Positions 1 to 11,664 of a stretch of DNA of 64,000 bases are shown piece by piece. The translations under genes and the position numbers were made by a program. The notes beneath the pieces are model-generated. The model did not search any database. It had not been told where the DNA came from and saw nothing but the letters and a program-made list of their open reading frames with translations. The first letter of the stretch is position 1; the number at the start of each line of letters is the position of its first letter. Source of the stretch: Eledone cirrhosa. Lineage: Eukaryota. The stretch spans positions 70,618,001 through 70,682,000 of the forward strand of contig OZ024746.1 in assembly GCA_964016885.1 (NCBI GenBank). Direction: 5' to 3'.

Positions 1-1900
1 TATTTATAATATAACACATTGAAAGGTTTTATGGGAAAAGCCAGGAGTAGACCCCGAGCAAGATGGTTAGATAACATACATGAGATTAGCTGATCTCACT
101 TAGGGATCCAAGCGGATTAGTTGGAGACTGTTTTCTGATATGACCTACTAGATGGCATGCTTGAGTTCTCTGCCAATTTATTCCTGGGATGGTTATGGGG
201 GCAAAGAAGAATATGAAATACAATGAAAGTGTGTGGCTTAGTTGTTAGGGTGTTTGGCTCATGATTCTAAAGTCATGAGCTCTATTCCTCGTGACATATT
301 GTGTCCTTAAGCAAAACAGTTATTCACATTACTCCAGTCCACTCAGATGGAAAAAATGAGTTGTACCTGTAATTCAAATGGCCATAAGTTGAACTGGCTA
401 TTGCAGACAAAATCAGTACTTTAACAAAGCTACTATCTTCCTAGTCAAGTGAAATGACCACTTCTTCTTCAAACACATTCCATTTTGGTAGGGCTTCTAT
501 AGTTGGATGCTCTTCCTAATGCCAACCAGTTTATAGAATGTACCAGGTGCATTTTGTACTTGGGTCACATTATCGTGGCACTGAAGTTCAATGTGTTCTT
601 TATTACTGACCAAATGCCAGCCACTTAATGGGGTGTACCTGGTACCTTTTATAGGGATTATCTTGTTCCAATGGATAATAAGGAGGTGATATAGGTTTGG
701 GTTGGTGTCAGGAAGGGCATCTGGCTATAGAATAGTGCTTCAAAAGTGTCTTATCCAAGCCATGGTAGCATGAAAAACAGGCATAAAAACAAAGATGTTG
801 ATATCATGACAACTTTTATTCAAATAACAAATTCATAATCCTTCATACACGTCCACAAAATAAAGGATCATCATTTCAACATCTGCTTTCCCTGCTAGCA
901 AAGGTTGTACAGGTCTAGATAGACCAAGTCAGGACTGAAGCAGGGCTGCTGATCTCCCAGACAGGCCAGGGATCTGCATCTCATGTTCTACCGAGTGCAC
1001 ACGAGAGGTTGTCATATCTTTGACATAACTGAAGGGTCCTCCCAACCCTTCGTTTAATAAGCTTTCTATGACTGGATGCATTTCTTATTTATTACCAACC
1101 TCTTTACAGTGTGTATTGGGTGCTTTTATTATATGTAGGTCACCAACACTAGGGAGGCTATCATGTCCTTGACACTACTGAAGAGTCCTCATAAATATAT
1201 AATGTCAATTAAACTGCTGCAGATTGTGCATGAAAAATATAATGGGTGCTAAACAAACAAACAATAAAAACTGCTTTTGTTGCTGCCTTTTCAACTTATT
1301 CTGCTGTATCTTAGAATATATATCAATAGAGTTTTATATATATCCTTGAAACATATCTGCTTGTTGTTGTTTAGCCTTGATTTAACCCTGATCGAGTATA
1401 CCTATAATTAAAGGCATGCCAGGTATGATGAGCCTTTTTTTTTCATTAGAAGGGTATATAGAAATACATTATCTAATGTCTCCTTACCTGTTGGAGAGAC
1501 AGTATGGTTGTATGTACCATTTGAGAGATATTTAGCTGCTCTTTCTAGCAGGTTCAGCCACTACACAGGTGACATGTATCCGATGTTCTCCTCCTGGTGT
1601 CTCATAACCCAAGTTGAAGCCATTTAATTTCTCTTTTGTTAATATTGTTAGAGATGGCATCTTTTAACGTCCTGAACCACACGAAGCAACATTAACAAGT
1701 ACAAAAGATCATTGTGACTGCATCATCTTAAATATTAAAGTCTTTAAATTAATTTACTGCAAATTTCCACAAAAATCTCTCCATTAGTTAAGATATAAAC
1801 ATTTGAATTAACAAACCTGTTTTTAGATATTTTCTGTTAAATCATTGCAACATATTAATACACTAGACTTCATGCTTGTGTGAGAAACATTTGTTATTAT

Positions 1901-2097
1901 TGGTGGATTGGCAGTATCGGTAGAGCATCAGACACCATGCTTTGCAGCATAGAGCCATGGCCCTTTACGTTCTGGGTTCAAATCTAGCCAAGGTTAACTT
2001 TGCTTTTCATCCTTATGGGGGATCGATAAAATAAAGTACCAGTAATGCACTGGGGTAATTGCTGGCCTTATGCCAAAACATAGAAACAATTGTTATT
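1901..2097 (+). mobile_element. MetaSINE-like SINE
   Basis: Same consensus as 7915-8106. Confidence 0.8.
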
Positions 2098-3494
2098 ACA
2101 AAGGTGATGGGAGTGGCATAAAAACAATAGTAGATGACCTGAGTAAATTAGATTTGAAGGGCATGTATGTATACATATTCATAATGTTTATGTATAATAA
2201 ACATACTTATAGTCTTGCTGTGGTTATAACACAGCTACCTCAATATATGTGTAAGCATGCTGTATACATGTATTGCAGGAATCTTATTTCTTTGCCTACG
2301 CTGACTTTTTCTTTTATTTTCATCCATATGGGATGAAAGGCGGGTTGATAAAATAAGTACCAATAATATCCTGAAGAATTTATGTTATCAACTAATCCCC
2401 CCCTTTCCATGTAAATATGCAGCCATGTTCTGCATACCTGGGAATTAATGGTGTTTCCATGCACCTTAGTGCAATAACTAAGAAATGTCAACAGAAAAAA
2501 AGTTGGATTTTTTTTTTTATATATATTGATAGTGACTGAGTCCTTGTGAACACGTGAAGAAAATTGTATTATCAGAAATGCTTGTTGTTTTGTCCTAAGT
2601 GAAACCCAATTGAGTAGACATGATCAAATATGTAACAGCTGTGACCATCCTGTCTTTTTTAAGATTGAGAGATCACATTATCCAATGAGGCTTTCCTTTC
2701 CTTTCATTTTTTTTTAAGATGGTAAGGTGTAATTTATAAGAGACTTGATCAAGTAAACAGTCAAATATGTTCCAACCATGACTTGTGTATCAAGAATCAC
2801 ATGATGCAATGTTTTTTTGTTTTAAATGGTAGGGTGTGATTTGAAGAAGTTTGCCTGTTAAACAGGTTGTGTGACCATACTAAACAGCCTTGTTGGCTGG
2901 TCAAAACATGTTTGTGCTTGGTGATTAGTGTTTTGGTACTTTATCTTTAACTTTCTAGTACAAAATAATGTACAGCTGGCCCAAATATTATTAGAAAATA
3001 TTCTATTAATTAAAATTGAAGGAAACAACATCACAAAGCCAGCAATCTAACTATTTGGTTGCCATTAACATGTACATGTATATATATGTGTATGTATATA
3101 AACACATACATATATGTATATATATATGTGTGTATGTTTATATATATATAAGTGGAGATGTGTGGCCTAGTGCTAAGGGTTCTGGACTTACAATCATAAT
3201 GTCGTGGGTTCTGGGTTGCATGTGTTCTTGAGCAAAACACTTCATTTCACATTGCTGCAGTATACTCAGCAGAAAATGAGTACCAGCAATAGCTGGGGAT
3301 TTAATCCTGCGATGGACTGGCGTCCTATCCAGGGCGTAGTCTTGTACTCTTAGTCGCTTCACGCCATGCAAACCAGGATAAGCACTGATGAATCTCCGAT
3401 CTCGAGACAGACTTTAAACTTTAGATATATGTTTATGTTTGTGTGTGTAATATGCTATATACATATATTTGTACACACAGTAAATTGTGTTCTT

Positions 3495-3735
3495 CATCAT
3501 CATCATCGTTTAACGTCCATATTCCACGCTTGCATGGGTTTGGACGGGAATTTTCCCACTTGAGGCAAGAGTGGTTGTCTTGCTCGTATAGGACTGTCTG
3601 GCGGGTTTTCTACGGCTGGATGCCCTTCCTAACACCAACCACATTTACAGTGTGGAACTGGGAGGTTTTTACCGTGTTACCTACATGGCCACATTACAGC
3701 GTGGACTGTGTGTTTTTTTGTCGTGACACCTACAC
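3495..3735 (-). mobile_element. 3' end of RTE subfamily A (5'-truncated copy)
   Basis: Matches 23340-23577 and the reverse complement of 47375-47621; (CAT)n on the plus strand. Confidence 0.85.
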
Positions 3736-4449
3736 GACTCTTGTTAGAGTTAATTTCCAAATGCTTTATGTAAATTAAATATGTATATTACTTTGAACAA
3801 GCTTGTGTAGCTTGGAACTGTGGAATGTTCTTTAAAATTCAGTTTAATTTTGTGTTATATAAGGACTGTGATAATTTATATTGGAGATGAGAAATTTTAA
3901 TTGAAACCAAGGATTTATGTAGACATAAAAAATTGAAGATAATTTTAACAATAAACTGTCTTTGTTTAACTAATGTTGATTAAAAAAGCATAATGATTTT
4001 TACTGAAAAGTACATTTATATACAAACAAATAAAATAAAATTTGTTTTGAATGGTTTAAATAAATTCAAATTACATATTTGTAGTGTTTTTTATTTCAAA
4101 GACATTTTAATGTTATTGCAATGAATTGTTTTTTGGGGTTTTTTTTTATTGCTAAAAATGTCACCCATTGCTCCATCTCCCCTAGTAGTTTACCGCTGTT
4201 AGTCCAGGACTGCTTATTTGTCCAGCAGGTGGTTGCTTATATCACAACTAACCATCATAACTGGTGGCTGTATCGCTATGACTCGTTCTCTTAGAGAGTC
4301 AATATTTATTCTAACTCTATTCTGAGTTCAAATCTTGCCATCATCAATTTTATCTTTTATCCTTCCAGGATCAATAAATAAGTCGTCCAGAGGTGGTGGA
4401 TTGGCAGAAATGTTAAGGAGATAGATAGGATGCTTTGCTGATACAACTC

Positions 4450-4830
4450 TGTGTGTGATGTTTTCAGATCCCGCTTCCTTCTGCAATGTCTGTATAAACT
4501 GGTGAGAGCATTCATCACCCCTGGTCAACAAATACTATTGTTTGAGTATGTCTTAGCAAACTGCTGAGGAGATGGCATTACAACCTTACCATTCTGTTGT
4601 AAATCTCTCATCAGCGACACTCTCCAGCAACAATCTGGTGAATTCAGTATTACACTCAGGATCCATTGCTCAGAAAGCAGATGGTATTTCAAAGTTTATC
4701 ACTGAACCTTGTAATGGTGTAAACTTCCAGTCTCCTGGGTTCTCCCGCCAACCACCTCCTTCTCCAGACGACGGAGTTTGCTACCTGCAAGAAAAGGTCC
4801 CGTGAGTTTTGCCTGGCTTTTTCAGCATAT
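4450..4830 (-). mobile_element. Highly decayed LINE (RTE-like) C-terminal relic
   Basis: Broken frames give FTRLL, CCWR and FIQTLQKEAGSEN, loosely resembling RTE C-termini. Confidence 0.35.
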
Positions 4831-5879
4831 TTCCTTTGCTATACTCCAGGGTAGGACTTTTGCAATTCTGTCAACTGGGACTTAGAACTGGATTTACAAT
4901 CATGAGGTTGTGAGCTCGATGCGTTATGTCTTGAGCAAAACACTTTATTTCATGTTCCTTCAGTCTGGATTAGCAATTGAAAAGACCGATGGAAACACTG
5001 TTTCCTCCGTCCAATTTGACAAACTCCACCCCACTTGTTAAGCGAATGAGGTCTGGGATCTTGTTAATCGACTGTTATATATATGTATATATTATATACA
5101 TATATATATCAGATATCGTTCATTTTCATTTCATTATATACGATGACTACTTTGTAATTTTGAAGCATTACCACATTACTTTATAAATTTTTTTTTTCTT
5201 AATCGTAAAATAAGTCCCAGCTGTCCATTTTGTATTGGCCAGCAGCCACTCTGCCCCTGTACATCAGTGTTCTCAGTAATTAAATACCTTATAGCTGATA
5301 AAATATAATGAGTTTTATATTATTTTGTCTGTTTCATTATATTCTGGGAGTTCTTCTTCACCTACTTATTCCTGGGAGGGTCAGGAAGCAGAGTCATCAA
5401 ACATTCCTTCCAGTCGGTCAGAGTTATTTAGTCTAATTCATTGGTATAGTACAATCTGTAAGGTGGTTGATATGGCAGTCGTTAGAGCACTGGATATTTA
5501 TTCTGGGTCTCTGTGTTCTGAGTTCAAATCCTGCTGAGATCTACTTTGCTTTTCATCCTTTCAGGGTCGATAAAGAAAGTACCAGTCCAGTGCTGGTGCA
5601 GCCTCCTCTCTTTCCTTTCAGCTGTCATATCCTGGATGTTCTCCTGGATCAAAGGAGGGAGAGTCAAGCAGGTATGTGTCTGGTCATGACTGCATGGATA
5701 CCTAAAACACTCAGCAGAAACGTGATACATAATACCAAGTCATACTCAATTGTGAGCGAAGGCTGTAGTTCAGTACATTCAGTAATTTTGAAGCTTAGAA
5801 TTGGAATGATCATGTTGAAAGAGGGTGTGGTGCAATGTTTTCATGAAATGAGCAATGCGTGATTTTTATTTTGTTGTTG

Positions 5880-6540
5880 AAAGGACTCTTTAGTTGTGTC
5901 AGGGGCAGGACAACCTCCATAGCATTGGTGACCAACAGGATAAACACACCCAGTACACTCAGTAAAGTGGGTGGTGATAGGAAGAGCATCTAGCCATAGA
6001 AAAACTCCTCAGCTGTGGAAATGGTAAGGATAAAGCCCATAAGGACAGTTTTCAGAAGAGATTCACTGCTAAATATGGTCAAAAGCTTTGCTAAAGTCAA
6101 GAGCAAACTTTTTAAGTGTGAGTGCTCACTTGCGAGTGATATGAGAGTAGGTCTCTAGTAGATCTGGTTTTATAGAATCTGTATTGGTGGTCAATTAGGA
6201 GAGAGATTAGAAGTGAGTGCAGTAAGAGGATAGTTTTTAACAAGGTTTATTCTTCTTAGGAGTGGGAAACACTAGCATGTTTCCAAAGATCAGGATGTAT
6301 CCCTGTAGAGGAAGAGATTGAAAAGTTTGGTAAGTATAAGGGCTAGTTCTGGGGAACATTGTTTAAAGGACATTGTCAAGATTGGTGAACTTGTATGTTT
6401 GAAGTAGCCAGAGGTGCTTTTGCACTTGGTGTTTATGTATGCAAAGAGGATAGATATGAAGGAGACTTATCAAGTGCATGCCGTGTGGAGTTGAATGTAA
6501 GATGAACAGTAAAGGTGGTAGCTTTCTTCACAGGAGGACT
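5880..6540 (-). mobile_element. Old CR1/L2-type LINE RT fragment (interrupted by a SINE piece)
   Basis: Broken frames read LKQCSPELALILTKLFNL, VFPTPKK, NYPLTALTS, LDFSKAFDHI. Confidence 0.6.
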
Positions 6541-6544
6541 GATC

Positions 6545-6878
6545 ACAGATGTAAAGATCTAAAGACCCCCTTCGGTCACAAATGACCATGGGATTTGCAC
6601 CTAGAAAATTCCTCTTCAAGGCACAAGTCTGGGTAAGGTTGTTTGTGGAAGATCAGTAATCGCCCATGCATACCAGTCAACCCTCTCCACGCCACCGATG
6701 TTGTCCAGGGGAAAGGTAATGGCCAATACAGCTTGGCACCAGTAATATCACAACTCATTTCTACAACTGAGTGAACTGGAGGAACGTGCTTGCTCAAGGA
6801 CACAATGCATCATCCAAGAAATGAACTCAAAACCTGATTGCAAGCCCAATACTCTAACCACTAAGCCATGTGCCTCCA
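6545..6878 (-). mobile_element. Older CORE-like SINE with a different 3' tail
   Basis: Head ggaggcacatggcttagtggttagag and core gtccttgagcaag; related copy at ~41520-41860. Confidence 0.7.
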
Positions 6879-7454
6879 CAATCACAGAACCATTATGGTT
6901 AAGAAGTGAAGGAAAAGAGGATTCTGCAAAATTGGTGGAGATCCTTTTGGCAAGAGTCCAGAAGAATTTTAACAACACATTTTACTTTTTTTTTTTATTC
7001 CCAAAAATGTTAAAACAACAACAGTCTGCAAAATAGCTGAAGATCTTTAATGAACAGTACTTATACAAATTATTATTTTTTTTTTTTTTTTGTGTATGTG
7101 TGTGTGTATTAAGGATTCAAATAGTGGCAACCATGACAACAATAGTATAATAGAGCAAATTCTAAATATTAAAAATTAAGAAGTGAATTTGTACCGGATT
7201 ATATATAACAAGTTTGTATAACCATATATACATACATGAAAACATATATACATATAGATGTAAATACAAACACACATTTTTCCTTACTTTTTTAAAAGAT
7301 TGAAATTTTTTTTTTAAAGATTTAAGAGCTTTGCATTAATATTTTCCTTTTTATATATTTTAAAAAATCCTTTTACTGGATAAAATATGACAGATTCTAA
7401 TACATGAATATTACAGTAAGAGATTAATAATAAATAATAATAATAATGATGATG

Positions 7455-8106
7455 ATAATGATTTCTGATTTAGGCACAAGGCCTGCAAATTTGGGAGAGG
7501 GGGAAGTCGATTAAATCGACCCTAGTGCATTACTGGTACTTTATTTTCTCGACCCCGTAGGGATGACAGGCAAAGCTAACCTTGGTGGGATTTGAACTCA
7601 GAACATAAAAGGCCGTAACTCTATGCCCCTAAGCATGTCCGACACTATCGATTCTGCCAATCCACCGCCCATAATAATAATGATTTTTACTTTAGGCACA
7701 AGGCCAGTGATTTGGGGCGAGGGGAAAGTCGATGAAATCGACCCCCCACTGCATTACTGGTACTTTATATTATCGACCGCGTAAGGATGAAAGGCAAAGT
7801 TAACCTCGGCAGGATTTAAACTCAGGCCGTAAAGGTCCATAACTCTATGCTGCAAAGCATGGTGTCCAACTCTCTACTGATACTACCAATCCACCGCCCT
7901 CTTAATAATAATAATAATTGTTTCTATTTTTAGCACAAGGCCAGCAATTATCCCAGTGCATTACTGGTACTTTATTTTATCGACCCCGTGAGGATGAAAG
8001 GCAAAGTTAAGCTTGGCGGGATTTGAACTCAGACCGTAAAGGTGCGTAACTCTATGCTGCACAGCATGGCGTCTGACACTCTACTGATACTGTCAAACCA
8101 CTGCCC
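7455..8106 (-). mobile_element. Three head-to-tail tRNA-derived SINEs (MetaSINE-like central domain)
   Basis: Each has a gggcggtggattggcag head, GAGTTCAAATCC box B, ctttgcctttcatccttacggggtcgataaaataaagtacc core and (ATT)n tail. Confidence 0.85.
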
Positions 8107-8307
8107 TTAATAAAAATAATAATAAAGTTTATTGTTTAATCTGTTGATTATAAAGGTGTTTATATTTATATTCCATTAAAAAGAACAAAATATTCAATTA
8201 GTATCAATTCCAATGAATAATTAATTCTACTTTGTTCAAAATATAATGTATAGAAAGAAGAAAAAAATTAAAACAAAAAGCAAGTGATAATTCTCGGTTT
8301 AAAGTTA

Positions 8308-8339
<32 letters not shown>

Positions 8340-8494
8340 AGAAATATACTTAAAATCAAATTAAACATTTCACTGTTCATTGTCATAAAAATTTGGTAAA
8401 TTCTTTCTTTCAAGCTTAATGAGAATTTTTATTTTGGAAAAATGTAAAGACTACAATTGTAAAATCCTATTGACATGAAAGAAAATATGCGTGT

Positions 8495-8525
<31 letters not shown>

Positions 8526-8527
8526 GA

Positions 8528-8676
8528 TATAACGAAGGAAGTGTGGTAAGGAACCAGGTGGACCATAACGCACCAGAGTACTCAATATTTTTGTAGTAGC
8601 GTGGGAAATAGGAAAATGTTCAAGACCCCGACGAAACGGCTTGAACTCTGCCGTCAGGGTCTTGAACGTTTTCCTA
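8528..8676 (+). mobile_element. Short TA-embedded element with terminal hairpin (second copy 53788-53964, minus)
   Basis: Two dispersed copies, both flanked by TA-rich tracts; 21-25 bp inverted stem TAGGAAAATGTTCAAGACCCC. Confidence 0.8.
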
Positions 8677-8952
8677 TATATATATAGAGAGAGGTATACA
8701 TGTGTATATAGACACAAATTACATATATGTGTATGTTTACATATATATGTATGTGTGAGTATACACACACACATATATATGTATAGACACAAATTATATA
8801 TATGTGCGTGTGTGTGAGTATACACAGAGCCACATTATATATACACACACATATATACATATACACATATATATATATATACACACATATATATATATAC
8901 ACACATATATATATATATATATATATATTATACACACACACACACACACACA
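8677..8952. repeat. Compound TA/CA/TG microsatellite (one of many)
   Basis: Direct inspection; similar tracts near 3070-3150, 9930-10040, 12055-12155, 14845-14905, 29301-29342 and 53330-53382. Confidence 0.9.
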
Positions 8953-9981
8953 AATTATAAGCACGTGTGTTTATATTAACATGGGGTGGAGTACATTTTT
9001 ACATTCTTCTCCATTGTATTCACTTTAAGCACAAGAAGTAAGCTAATCTGTTTTTACATATTTAATTCTTAAATTTCTTGGGTACAAGCATAGCTGCATA
9101 ATTAAGAAATTTGCTTTGCAGCAAGATGCTTCTTCAATTCCACTGCACAATCTTGAGTTAAGCAATCATAATTGCAAGAGTGAAATTTGGCAGGCAGAGA
9201 GACTATGTGGAAGCCCACCAGAGGAATTAAATATCCATTCTTGGGTGGTAGACATATCTAGTGTCTGGTTTAACACCAATACTTAGTCTTCTAAAAGACT
9301 AAGTATGGCAGAATATTTGCAGTCAAACATCCATACTTTATTTTTGTTTTTGCTGATTTCATTTTATCCAACATTTATCTTTTCAACTAAATGTGATTCA
9401 TAGAAAAATCCTCTTATATTTATTTATTTACATTTAATAATTAATTATATTTCATGAAATAACTGAGGTTTAGCAAGGCAAAATTTTCTTCTAGATGTTG
9501 CCTCATTGGATGTGTTAATTTCAATGTGGTATTCCAGCATAAAAACGTTCCCTGCCTCTGATCTAGCCATTTTGGTACCTTTAGCTAAGTACACACTGCT
9601 GTAAGCATTCAGGCCCTGGCTCCAATCTGAGGATAACTTCTTATCTACTTCTCCCCAGTCTCAGTGGACCTGATTAAAGGTCACTGGTGCTGGTCTTACC
9701 CACACTGATTAAGTACATGTGTATGTAAAATATATATGTGATGTAAAGAATATATGTACCCAAAAAAACTTACTTATAACACCATTAAAAAGGGGGGAAA
9801 AAAAAAAGGATTTGGGGGAAAAAGTTACATATGCAAAAACGTAATAGGAAAATATGAAAAATTGTAACTTTGATATTCAAAATGTAATAATCCCGTTCAA
9901 GAAAAGCTGTCTTATATTTAAACACACTATATGTATGTGTGTGTGTGTGTACATGCAGACATTTACCTTTTGCATACATCC

Positions 9982-10035
<54 letters not shown>

Positions 10036-10194
10036 TTATATAAAGTTGAATTTAGATTGTATTATTTTAGTGAAAAGTAAACTATAAAATATATATATAT
10101 ATGTAGAGGTTATATTTAATTTGTTGGGATACAACAAGCAAAATATTTTTATAACTGATATAAAGCACTCAACAAATTATTGGAGTAAATATAC

Positions 10195-10316
10195 AATATA
10201 TTAACAAATGGAAACTATATTTATAAAACCATATTTATTTCATTATACATATGGTGGCCCTTGAAATATGTATAATGAAATAAATATGGTTTTATAAATA
10301 TAGTTTCCATTTGTTA

Positions 10317-10323
<7 letters not shown>
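10195..10323. repeat. Fold-back inverted repeat of the PLE 3' terminus
   Basis: Arms 10195-10252 and 10266-10323; right arm matches 53272-53327; followed by (TA)n. Confidence 0.9.
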
Positions 10324-10357
<34 letters not shown>

Positions 10358-10359
<2 letters not shown>

Positions 10360-10598
10360 CATTTATGTTCATACATGGAACAAAAGTACTACCCAAGGTT
10401 TCAAGGCCCAATATTATCCATATCTCCAGAATGTAAGCGGGATCGAAATTGTGACCTAATCTTCAGGCCCTTATAAACTCGTATAAGCACCTGAAGATAG
10501 GTCACAATTTTGATAACTCTTAGATTTGGGAGATATGGTCAATAATGGGCCTTGAAACCTTAGATAGCACTTTGTTCTATGTATGAACATAAATAAAT
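10358..10598. repeat. Diverged fold-back inverted repeat with hammerhead cores in both arms
   Basis: Arms of about 110 bp; CTGAAGA...GAAA on plus (10491-10557) and on minus (10466-10399). Confidence 0.8.
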
Positions 10599-10794
10599 AA
10601 TATAATACTTCTGCTCTCTTCTTGATTGAGTACTGTTTTCCTATTTCCTTTTTCACAATATCTATATATATATATAATGTAAACATGAAAATAGTTACAC
10701 TCAGAAATCAAAATTGGAGCTTACAGTGTTTACCAAATAGATATTTATTTGCTGTGTATACAACACATAAAAGTACACACACATATGTATACAG

Positions 10795-10829
<35 letters not shown>

Positions 10830-10869
10830 CAGAGTGTTGTAGCTTGCTTGAAGCATTGTTGACTAGGAA

Positions 10870-11057
10870 ATATAAATTTAAATAATTTTAAAAACCATAC
10901 AATGCATTAGAAAATTAAAGGTGCTAAGATAATGATAGAATCTTACCGTAGCAAATTTAATTATCCTATAATTATATTTACTAAGGTGAGATTCTATCGT
11001 TATCTTAGCACCTTTAATTTTCTAATGCATTGTATAGTTTTTAAAATTATTTAAATT

Positions 11058-11062
<5 letters not shown>
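10870..11062. repeat. Fold-back inverted repeat ending in (TA)n
   Basis: Arms 10870-10956 and 10976-11062, few mismatches. Confidence 0.88.
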
Positions 11063-11093
<31 letters not shown>

Positions 11094-11503
11094 TATGTAT
11101 GTAGAGTATATATATACATATATATACACACACACACACAATCATAAATACATGCACATTTAAACATAAATTATTGTCTTTTTTAAAGCACATTTTTGAA
11201 TTGTATCACAGAATGAAACTGAACTGGAATTTGCATTAAGGGAAAAAAATTTGAAAACAACATTATATAATGGACGGTCTGACAGCACTTAAAGAAAGGA
11301 AAATAAGTTAGAATGTTTATTTTGCTAACGTTAGGAATTCTATTAGAAAACCAACCTAAGAGTCATTGCATAGCCTTGGGTCAATCCAAGCCCTGAGTGT
11401 GAAATTGGAGAGACAGAAACTGTTTGATGGACAGTAGCTGCAATTCACAAGTCCAGCCATGTCACACACTGTAACATGCTGAATCTTTGAGAATTTACAT
11501 TAA

Positions 11504-11664
11504 CCCTTTAGCATTTACATTACTCTATATTTACTATTGTATCTTCCAAATCTATGAGATTTTGATATTATTTATTTTGAGATCAATACCCAATGAGCAA
11601 CCAGTTTGAAGAGAAAGAGGTGAGAGAATTCTGATTGGATATGGCCAGTTTAAATACTAAAGTG
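11504..11664. mobile_element. piggyBac-type MITE family 1, nested in an old SINE
   Basis: ttaa|ccctttagcattta ... taaatactaaagtg|ttaa. Confidence 0.8.

Noticed and set aside
3380-3415. CTGATGA in a SINE tail (also isolated CTGANGA at ~12797, 18909, 34855, 51832, 59105)
   Set aside because: No properly placed GAAA or stems.
8451-9028. Tyr/Ile/His/Cys-rich ORFs (also near 3016, 9785, 11924, 39840)
   Set aside because: Microsatellite translations.
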